The notes beneath the pieces were generated by a model. That model worked only from the letters and a program-made list of their open reading frames with translations, did no database searches and was not told the origin of the DNA. From NCBI GenBank assembly GCA_902780865.1, contig CACZHC010000010.1:1-57864 (forward strand): DNA of 57,864 nucleotides. The letters are read 5' to 3'. Positions 9,976-17,404 of the stretch are shown here, piece after piece (the stretch's first letter is position 1; each line of letters begins with the position of its first letter). The translations under genes were made by a program, and so were the position numbers. This stretch comes from an uncultured bacterium. Its GTDB lineage: Bacteria > Verrucomicrobiota > Kiritimatiellia > RFP12 > UBA1067.

Positions 9976-10260
9976 ATGGAAAACGACGTGACTGTTGCGG
10001 ATCGGAACACCAAGGCGAAGCTTTCGGAGTTTCGATGGTTTGGGACATGGATTGTCTTTTACCTGTCGTCGGTAATCGGCGGGGCGATGATGGGGCTCGT
10101 TGCCGGCGCCGTCGTCGGGGCGATCTTTGGCATTCTCGGATTTGACACGAAGGTTATTGCCGCCATTTGCGCGGTGCTTGGATTTGTCCTTGGCGCGATC
10201 CTGTCGTACGCCCTGTTTCGCATCCTCGTCCAGAAGATGATCGTCGACAAGATCGTCTAG
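9976..10260 (+). CDS. small membrane protein (2 hydrophobic Gly-rich helices)
   Basis: 94 aa, two long hydrophobic stretches with GxxxG repeats; GAAAGG SD-like site upstream. Confidence 0.7.
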   Translation: MENDVTVADRNTKAKLSEFRWFGTWIVFYLSSVIGGAMMGLVAGAVVGAIFGILGFDTKVIAAICAVLGFVLGAILSYALFRILVQKMIVDKIV

Positions 10261-10385
10261 AGTCAAGAAGGCAAGTGCCCATGTGAGTCCAAAGGGCATA
10301 AACTGCCCTAGGCGTGATCGGCTTCGATCGGTCACAGTCGCAGTCGACGCCAACGTCGCGGCGGCTTTTTGGTATAATATGCGGC

Positions 10386-11712
10386 ATGATGAATGTCTAT
10401 AACTCGCTGACGCGCAGGGTCGAGGAACTCAAGCCCCTTGAAGGGAACGAAATCCGCCTCTACACCTGCGGTCCAACCGTTTACAATTTTGCGCACATCG
10501 GCAACTTCCGCGCCTACGCGTTCGAGGACATCCTCCGCCGCGTAGTCCAGTTCAACGGCATGAAGATCCGCCAGGTGATGAACCTCACCGACGTCGACGA
10601 CAAGACGATCCGCGGCGCAAATGCCGCGGGCGTCGCGCTCACGGACTACACTAAGACGTACAAGGACGCGTTCTTTGCGGATTTGAAGAAGCTCAACATC
10701 CAGCCGGCAGAGGTCTATCCTGCGGCGACCGACCACATCCCCGAGATGATCGCGCTCGTACAGAAGCTTATGGACAAGGGCGTTGCCTACCAGAGCGAAG
10801 ACGGTTCGGTCTACTTCAAGGTGCGCGAGTTCCCGGGCTACGGCAAGCTTGCCCACATCGACTTCGACAACCAGCGCACGGGCCTGAGGTGCGCGGCGGA
10901 CGAATACGACAAGGAGAACGTCGGCGACTTCGCGCTGTGGAAGGCGTGGGAGGAGTCCGACGGTCCTGTCGGCTGGGATTCACCATGGGGACGCGGCCGC
11001 CCCGGCTGGCACATCGAGTGCTCCGCGATGTCGATGAAGTATCTCGGCGAGACGTTCGACCTTCATACGGGCGGCATAGACAACCTCTTCCCGCACCACG
11101 AGAACGAAATCGCCCAGGCCGAGGCCGCGACAGGCAAGGAGTTTGTCAGGACTTGGATGCACTGCGCGCACCTGCGCGTCAACGGCGAGAAGATGTCTAA
11201 GAGCGCGGGCAACTTCTTCACGCTCCGCGACCTTCTCGAGAAGGGTTATACAGGGCGCGAGATCCGCTACGTTCTCATCAACGCGCACTACCGCACGGGT
11301 CTCAACTTCGCGTTTGACGCGCTCGAGGACGCGAGGAAGTCGCTCAGCCGCATTGACGCATGCGTCGACCGCTTGGCTCGAGTCGCGAAAACATCCTCCC
11401 ATCCCGAAGGCATTCGCCTCCCTCTTTGAGCTTGTAAGGACATGTAACGGAATGGAAGTGGACGCCGAAGCCGCGAGCGAGGCCTTGGGCGTGTTCAGGC
11501 GCATGGACGAGGTTCTCGGCATTGTCTTCTTCGAGAACGAGAAGAAGGAAGTCGAGGTTCCTGCCGAAGTTAAGGCGCTTCTCGATGCCCGCGCCGAGGC
11601 GAGAAAGGCGAAGAACTGGACCGAGTCCGACCGACTCCGCGACGAAATCGCCGCGCTTGGATGGGCTGTAAAAGACTCCCGTGATGGACAGAGTGTGGAG
11701 AAGAAGGGTTAG
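10386..11712 (+). CDS. cysS: cysteinyl-tRNA synthetase, frame-broken near 11390-11402
   Basis: YTCGPTVY, HIGN, GRPGWHIECSAMS, FPHHENE, KMSKS in frame 10386-11429; C-terminal IPKAFASLFELVR...ARKAKNWTESDRLRDEI in another frame ending at 11712; TGGTATAAT 7 nt before ATG 10386. Confidence 0.9.
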
Positions 11713-11780
11713 GAGTCAGGAGTCAGGGGTCAGTACTTAGGAGTCGGGGGTCAGGAGTCAGGAGTTAGGAAGTAGGGGTG
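11704..11780 (+). repeat. heptamer tandem array, consensus AGGAGTC, 11 units
   Basis: AAGGGTT AGGAGTC AGGAGTC AGGGGTC AGTACTT AGGAGTC GGGGGTC AGGAGTC AGGAGTT AGGAAGT AGGGGTG; spans the cysS stop and the dxr GTG start. Confidence 0.9.
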
Positions 11781-12845
11781 GCAAAGAAAATTGTTATTCT
11801 TGGCGCGACGGGGTCGATCGGCAGAAATGCGATTGACGTCGCCCTGTCACATCCTGACGAATTCAAGGTTGTCGCGCTTGTGGTACGCAGTTCACGCGAC
11901 CAATGTGAGGCGCTTGCACGCGAGCTTGGCGCGAAGGCGTATTGCGGCGAAGACGCCGCGGTTCGCGCAGTCGAAGAGAACGACGCAGACATTTGTCTCG
12001 TTGCGACCGTAGGAATGTCGGGCCTCAAGCCGACGATGGCGGCGATCGAGAAGGGGATGGACGTCGCGCTCGCCACGAAGGAAGTCATGGTGATGGCGGG
12101 CGAGTTCGTCACGCGTCGCGCGAGAGAAAAGGGCGTGCGGCTTCTGCCCGTTGACAGCGAACATTCTGCGATTTTCCAGTGTCTCCAGGGATCGCCGCGC
12201 GAATCAGTCGAGCGGCTGGTCCTGACGGCGAGCGGCGGACCGTTTCTCGACGAACCCGCCGACCTTTCGTCTGTTACCGTTGAACAGGCGCTCAACCATC
12301 CGCGCTGGAAGATGGGCCCAAAGGTCACGATCGACAGTTCCACGATGATGAACAAAGGCTTCGAGATCCTTGAGGCGCGCTGGCTCTTTGATATGCCTGT
12401 CGAGAAGATTGACGTCGTTGTGCATCCAGAGTCAATAGTCCACTCGCTCGTCACCTTTTCCGACGGCGCGACGCTCGCGCAGCTTTCGCCGCCCGATATG
12501 CGCGTTGCGATACAGTATGCGCTCACTTGGCCTGGCCGCCTTGCGTCGAAGCGCGAACAACTCGATCTCGCGGCGCTCGGCTCTTTAACCTTCCGTACGC
12601 CGGACCCAGTGCGCTTCCCATGCCTCAGGCTAGTGAAGGAGGCGTGCGCCCGCGGCGGATGCGCCGCGGCCGTTCTCGCCGCGGCGGACGAACTTGCGGT
12701 GCAGGCGTTCCTCGACGGCAAGATAAAGTACACCGACATCGCGGCCACGGTCGCAGACTGTCTGGATCTCGCCCCCGAAATCCCCTGCGATTCCCTCGAC
12801 GCGGTTTGGGCGGCGACGGAGTGGGTGTCGAAGCGGCTGGGGTAG
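11778..12845 (+). CDS. dxr: 1-deoxy-D-xylulose-5-phosphate reductoisomerase
   Basis: LGATGSIG, LATKE, PVDSEHSAIFQ, LTASGGPF, HPRWKMGPKVTIDSSTMMNKGFE, HPESIVHS, PDMR. Confidence 0.95.
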   Translation: MAKKIVILGATGSIGRNAIDVALSHPDEFKVVALVVRSSRDQCEALARELGAKAYCGEDAAVRAVEENDADICLVATVGMSGLKPTMAAIEKGMDVALATKEVMVMAGEFVTRRAREKGVRLLPVDSEHSAIFQCLQGSPRESVERLVLTASGGPFLDEPADLSSVTVEQALNHPRWKMGPKVTIDSSTMMNKGFEILEARWLFDMPVEKIDVVVHPESIVHSLVTFSDGATLAQLSPPDMRVAIQYALTWPGRLASKREQLDLAALGSLTFRTPDPVRFPCLRLVKEACARGGCAAAVLAAADELAVQAFLDGKIKYTDIAATVADCLDLAPEIPCDSLDAVWAATEWVSKRLG

Positions 12846-12893
12846 AAGACCTCGTGGTGGAATGCGGAGGCGCGTGCGCGCCTTAATTCTACC
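12841..12893. repeat. REP-like palindromic element overlapping the dxr stop
   Basis: GGTAGAA (12841-47) ... TTCTACC (12887-93) terminal inverted repeat enclosing AGGCGCG-TG-CGCGCCT (12868-83). Confidence 0.45.
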
Positions 12894-12896
12894 AGG

Positions 12897-12973
12897 CGGA
12901 TGCTACGCCGACACTGCCCCCAATCGGCTCTATCCGACGGATACTACGCTGACACTGACCCCATCGACTCTAT
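12897..12973 (+). repeat. two imperfect ~37-bp direct repeats with CTG(A/C)CCCC core
   Basis: CGGATGCTACGCCGACACTGCCCCCAATCGGCTCTAT (12897-12933) vs CGGATACTACGCTGACACTGACCCCATCGACTCTAT (12938-12973). Confidence 0.8.
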
Positions 12974-13000
12974 ATGTCCCTATTCTGACCCTGGCAGTTT

Positions 13001-13025
13001 ATCGCGGCAAATATGCCGCGATTTC
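13001..13025 (+). terminator. probable intrinsic terminator downstream of dxr
   Basis: Perfect 9-bp stem ATCGCGGCA-AATA-TGCCGCGAT followed by a short T run. Confidence 0.5.
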
Positions 13026-13083
13026 GTCCGTACCATAATCTCATTTCGCCAATCTTGTTCAAAATTTCTGACCCTTTAGCCAC

Positions 13084-13113
13084 TTGCGGCTTGCAAGGGC
13101 TTTTTGTTATAAT
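13084..13113 (+). promoter_or_regulatory. sigma70-type promoter for the island (TTGCGG-18-TATAAT, extended TG)
   Basis: TTGCGG 13084-89; TGTTATAAT 13105-13113; about 190 nt of leader before ATG 13306. Confidence 0.6.
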
Positions 13114-13305
13114 TCACTTGTTAGGTTGAGGGGCGGGCGAAACCGCCGCGATGCCGAGCGTTAGATTTCCCGCGTGGTTGGGGCGAAGAACAGTAGCCAA
13201 CCGCCGCGTTTGGGATTGCGTTGAGTTTATCTATGTCATCAGAGGAGGTGTCTATGTTCCCCGCACCGATTCCGATACGAAACAAGGGGAAAGAAAGGTG
13301 CGGAG

Positions 13306-16300
13306 ATGATGAGAAAACTGGCGATGATGTTCTTGCTGATGCCGTTCGCGGCGATGGCGGGTACGCTGGGCGACGGCTTGGATAACACAAGTCTCGTTTG
13401 GACGACTGGCGGAACGCCATCGGTCTCTGGAGAAAATGTCAATTGGTCGTACATTGCCGACGACTCATATTCGGATGGCGACTGCGTCACTTCTGGTGCC
13501 GGTGGAGCTGGGGATGCAACCTCATGGCTTAGGACAACCGTTGTGGGTCCATGTACGATTTCTTTCTACTATCGGTTTCAGACATACGGCGGTTCATTTA
13601 CTTTCAGGTGCGATTCGACTGCCCTTATATCGCGCAATGAATATACAAGTATGGACGAACCTTGGATATACGAAGAGTTTGAATTAGGATCAGGAAGTCA
13701 TGAGTTGACATGGGAATACCACCATCCAGGCATGGGATTTGTCGGGGCGTTCAACGGAGTCCATCTTGACAATTTCGTGGCAACCAACCAAAACACGCCA
13801 ACACCATCCAGCCCGACTACTTGGTATGTCAACGGCACAAGCGGTTCGGATTACAATTCCGGCACAAGCCAATCGTCCGCCAAGGCGACGATACAGGCGG
13901 CGATTGATGCTTCGTCGGCTGGTGATACGATTCTTGTTGCACCAGGTACATACTCGCCGATTGTAACTGCAAACAAAGCGATAACCATCCGTAGTACAGC
14001 CGGAGCGGCTAATACCATTATTGATGGTGAAGGTTCAAGTCGTTGCGCATATCTAGGCGAAGATGCTGCCGAGACCTCTACAACGATAGATGGTTTTACA
14101 CTTAAGAATGGATATCTTTACATTAGTTGGATGGGCAAGGGTGGCGCTGGAGTTCGTGGTGGAACGGTCAGGAACTGCATAATTTGTGATTGTAGGGTGG
14201 AAGGATCATGGAGTGGGTATGGTGGCGAGGGCGGAGGTGCCAATGGTTCCCGGCTTGAAGACTGTGAGATTCGAAATTGTTCTGCACTTGCGGGCGGTGG
14301 TCTTCGTGATGGTTTTGCGTGCAGATGTATTTTTGAAGGGAACTATGCACGTGATGATGGGGGTGCAACGCAGAGATCGCTTGCGGTTGATTGTCTGATG
14401 AAAGGAAATTATGCCTATAACACTGGAGGCCAAGGTGCGGGAGCTGCTGGATCCGATGTAACAAACATCAATTGCACTATTGTTGGGAATCATGCGGAGT
14501 CTGGCGGGATAATAGCTGGTATCTCTGTGCTGAAGAATTGTATCATCTACGACAACGCTTGCGATAGCGGAGATGTCGTTTATACAGATTCTGAACAGAC
14601 AACAAGCATGCTGTCTTGTTGCTTTTCCAATCCCTGCTTTGTTGATGCCGCGAACGGCGACTATCGGCTGGCGGCGGGATCGCCGTGCATCGATGCGGGC
14701 GACAATTCGTATGTGACGGGCGACAAGGATTTGGCAGGCAATGCTCGCATCGCCAACGGCACGGTCGATATCGGTTGCTATGAGTATGGGGCGACGGGGA
14801 CTCCGGCGGCAAACGGATTGTACATGGTCATAGATCTTTCTGGTGGCTCGTCGGCTACATCTTATTCAGTCAGTTACCTTGAAGCAGTCCCTGACGGCGG
14901 CTGGACGGATGAATACAAGACGACGAAGCTCGTGTTGCGGAGAATTGAGCCAGGCACATTTACCATGGGTAGCCCTACGGGGGAAATCGGACGTTACGCT
15001 GGTCGGGAAACGCAAAGGGAAGTTGCGCTTACAAAGGCGTACTACATTGGTGTGTTTGAAATGACTCAGCGTCAATGGGAGCTTGTCATGGGGTCTTCGC
15101 CCTCGCAGTATGCAGGTGCTCTGCGACCTGTTGAGTCGGTATCTTATGACATGATTAGAGGTGATAATGCAGGAGCCGGATGGCCGACCAGTTCGCTTGT
15201 TGACAGCAACAGTTTTATAGGAGTGTTACGGGCAAAGACTGGACAAGAGAACTTTGACTTGCCGACAAGCGCTCAGTGGGAGTACGCATGTCGAGCAGGG
15301 ACTGTAACGGCATATAATAACGGGGCTGATGCCAATTCAGAAGTGGAGGATGATAACTTATCTCAACTAGGTCGGTATGTTCACAACCAAGACGATGATA
15401 AAGGAGGATATACGACAAGACACACGGCCGTTGGCTCGTATGTTCCTAACGCATGGGGAATATATGACATGCTCGGTAATGTACTAGAGTGGTGCCTTGA
15501 CTATTATGAAGAGACGGTAAGTGTAACTACTGGAGTTGCAGATCCTGTTGGGCCAGAATCTGGAACGACGCGAGTTCAGCGTGGGGGATCCGCGTGGTCG
15601 GACTCCCGTGACTGTCGTTCGGCATTTGTTATGGGGCAGTATAGTTGGCATGGCCCTTCGAGCTATGGAGATTTTGGTTTTCGTATTGCGATAACGACTG
15701 ATGATACGGCAGTTACACCGACAACGATGTACACGGTGACATTTGACATGAACGGTGCGGATGGAGCCGCGCCGGCGCAACGCCAAGTCGCGGAAGGAGC
15801 GGCAATCGGGTCTCTGCCGACGGCGACGCGCGAGGGGTACGAGTTCCTCGGTTGGCATGTGGGCAAGGAGGCGTCGAGCGAAGAGGTGACGGCGCCGACC
15901 ATCGTGACGGCGGACATGACCGTGTACGCTGTGTGGCGGATCAACAGCTACACGGTGACGTTCGATGCGCAGGGCGGCGCGGGCGGCGGAACGGTCGCGC
16001 GCAACCACGGCGCGGCGCTCGGCGAGTTGCCTGTGCCGACGCGGGACGGGTTCTCGTTCGACGGCTGGTTTACGGCGGCAAGCGGTGGGACGGAGGTTTC
16101 CTCCGCGACCGTCATCACTGGCGCGGTCACATTCTACGCACATTGGACGGAGCAGTCCCTCTATCAGACGCCCGTGTGGTACGACGAGGACGGCGAGGAG
16201 ATCGACTGGGCGCAGTACTACGACGGCGACGAGGAGCCGTTCGCGGCTGAGTCCGCCGCGACCTTCGACGGATACGTGCTTGACGGCGAGGAGGTCTGCG

Positions 16301-17322
16301 GTGTCGTGCAGGTGAAGGTCGGAAAGGCCAACAAGAAGACAGAGACGGCCAAGGTGACGGCGGCGCTGACGCTTCTCGGCGACCCGAAGAAAAGGTCATA
16401 CAAGGGCACGATGTCGAAGCGCGGCATCGCGGAGCTGACGTGCAACGGCAAGGGGAACCTTTCGCTCTGCCTCGGTACGAACGCGATGTGGGGCGAGGTC
16501 GAGGGGCTGTCCGTCAGCGGCGCGCGCAACGTGTTCGCGAAGGCGGGCGATCCTCTCGCGGCAGTGTTGTCGCGCTGGCAGGGGACGTACACGCTCGTTC
16601 TGGAGACAGTGGACGCCGAGGGCTCTGGCGCGTCGCTCGCGTGGGGTTACAGCGGACTGTCGCTGACCGTCGCCGCGAAGGGCAAGGTCAAGATTCAGGG
16701 CACGATGGTGGACGGTGCGAAGGTGAATGTCTCGTCCCAGTTGCTTGTGGGCGAGAAGCGTTGCTGCATACCAGTTGTCGCCCCGCTCTACTCGAAGAAG
16801 GGCGGCTTCGGGTTCAACCTGTGGTTGCAGGACGACGGCACTCTGGAAGTCGGCGAACTGAGCGAATGGAACGCCACGGCCTCGAAGACGCCATTCACGG
16901 CGTGGTTCGGCGAAAACGTCCCGGCGGCTCGCGCCGGTGCGGCTCTGCCCAGCTCGCTCTCCTTCATGTTCCTCGGTGAGCCGGACATTGACGGCGCGGA
17001 GGTTCTTTATGACTTCCTGCCGTGGGAGGTACTTGTGACGACGGGGTCGCGCTGGACATTGCCGGCGGCGGGGAACGTCAAGTACGATCGCGAGGCGGAG
17101 GACTACGTCGATGTGAAAGAGTCGTCGAATCCGGCGGGTCTGAAGTTGACATACGTGTCGAAGACAGGCGCATTCAAAGGCTCGTTCAAGATGTATGCGG
17201 AAGACGCCGGTGGTCGTCTGAAGAAGTACACGGTCAATGTTTCCGGTGTTATGGTCAACGGCGTCGGCTACGGCACGGCTACCGCTAAGGGTGTCGGCTC
17301 TTGGCCTGTCGCAATAGAATAG
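13306..17322 (+). CDS. large mosaic secreted/surface protein: N-terminal beta domain, right-handed beta-helix with choice-of-anchor Q-like end, FGE-sulfatase (SUMF1) domain, two InlB B-repeats, beta-rich C-terminal domain
   Basis: Signal peptide; TWYVNG...AKATIQAAID...GDTILVAPGTY; DYRLAAGSPCIDAG...TVDIGCYEY; FTMGSP...LPTSAQWEYACRAG...PNAWGIYDMLGNVLEWC...RGGS...FGFR; YTVTFD...TREGYEFLGW and YTVTFD...TRDGFSFDGW. Confidence 0.85.
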   Translation: MMRKLAMMFLLMPFAAMAGTLGDGLDNTSLVWTTGGTPSVSGENVNWSYIADDSYSDGDCVTSGAGGAGDATSWLRTTVVGPCTISFYYRFQTYGGSFTFRCDSTALISRNEYTSMDEPWIYEEFELGSGSHELTWEYHHPGMGFVGAFNGVHLDNFVATNQNTPTPSSPTTWYVNGTSGSDYNSGTSQSSAKATIQAAIDASSAGDTILVAPGTYSPIVTANKAITIRSTAGAANTIIDGEGSSRCAYLGEDAAETSTTIDGFTLKNGYLYISWMGKGGAGVRGGTVRNCIICDCRVEGSWSGYGGEGGGANGSRLEDCEIRNCSALAGGGLRDGFACRCIFEGNYARDDGGATQRSLAVDCLMKGNYAYNTGGQGAGAAGSDVTNINCTIVGNHAESGGIIAGISVLKNCIIYDNACDSGDVVYTDSEQTTSMLSCCFSNPCFVDAANGDYRLAAGSPCIDAGDNSYVTGDKDLAGNARIANGTVDIGCYEYGATGTPAANGLYMVIDLSGGSSATSYSVSYLEAVPDGGWTDEYKTTKLVLRRIEPGTFTMGSPTGEIGRYAGRETQREVALTKAYYIGVFEMTQRQWELVMGSSPSQYAGALRPVESVSYDMIRGDNAGAGWPTSSLVDSNSFIGVLRAKTGQENFDLPTSAQWEYACRAGTVTAYNNGADANSEVEDDNLSQLGRYVHNQDDDKGGYTTRHTAVGSYVPNAWGIYDMLGNVLEWCLDYYEETVSVTTGVADPVGPESGTTRVQRGGSAWSDSRDCRSAFVMGQYSWHGPSSYGDFGFRIAITTDDTAVTPTTMYTVTFDMNGADGAAPAQRQVAEGAAIGSLPTATREGYEFLGWHVGKEASSEEVTAPTIVTADMTVYAVWRINSYTVTFDAQGGAGGGTVARNHGAALGELPVPTRDGFSFDGWFTAASGGTEVSSATVITGAVTFYAHWTEQSLYQTPVWYDEDGEEIDWAQYYDGDEEPFAAESAATFDGYVLDGEEVCGVVQVKVGKANKKTETAKVTAALTLLGDPKKRSYKGTMSKRGIAELTCNGKGNLSLCLGTNAMWGEVEGLSVSGARNVFAKAGDPLAAVLSRWQGTYTLVLETVDAEGSGASLAWGYSGLSLTVAAKGKVKIQGTMVDGAKVNVSSQLLVGEKRCCIPVVAPLYSKKGGFGFNLWLQDDGTLEVGELSEWNATASKTPFTAWFGENVPAARAGAALPSSLSFMFLGEPDIDGAEVLYDFLPWEVLVTTGSRWTLPAAGNVKYDREAEDYVDVKESSNPAGLKLTYVSKTGAFKGSFKMYAEDAGGRLKKYTVNVSGVMVNGVGYGTATAKGVGSWPVAIE

Positions 17323-17404
17323 GCGGCATGTCGCGGTATATTTTGATGGAAACTAATCCAAGGATCGAGACAATTCCATAACTAAACAAGAGGAGAACAG
17401 AAAA

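Noticed and set aside
10276-10335. TGCCC...GGGCA...TGCCC and GTGATCGG/TCGGTCAC hairpins as an sRNA or operator
   Set aside because: Short stems are expected at this GC content; spacing does not match the operator and no known RNA motif is recognisable
11385-11430. Programmed ribosomal frameshift in cysS or the DUF5107 gene
   Set aside because: No X-XXY-YYZ slippery site with a stimulatory structure, and cysS appears to lack conserved residues, which recoding could not restore
12897-12973. CRISPR array suggested by ~37-bp direct repeats
   Set aside because: Only two imperfect copies separated by 4 nt, no spacers and no cas genes
13131-13150. c-di-GMP-I riboswitch suggested by GGCGAAACC
   Set aside because: The expected GNRA-capped P2 stem and the following GGGACGCAAAGC-type segment are absent; kept only as an unknown structured leader
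14820-15700. Diversity-generating retroelement target, since FGE/CLec domains are common DGR targets (also 20600-21470)
   Set aside because: No reverse transcriptase, Avd gene or AAC-rich template repeat visible in the window; a remote DGR cannot be excluded
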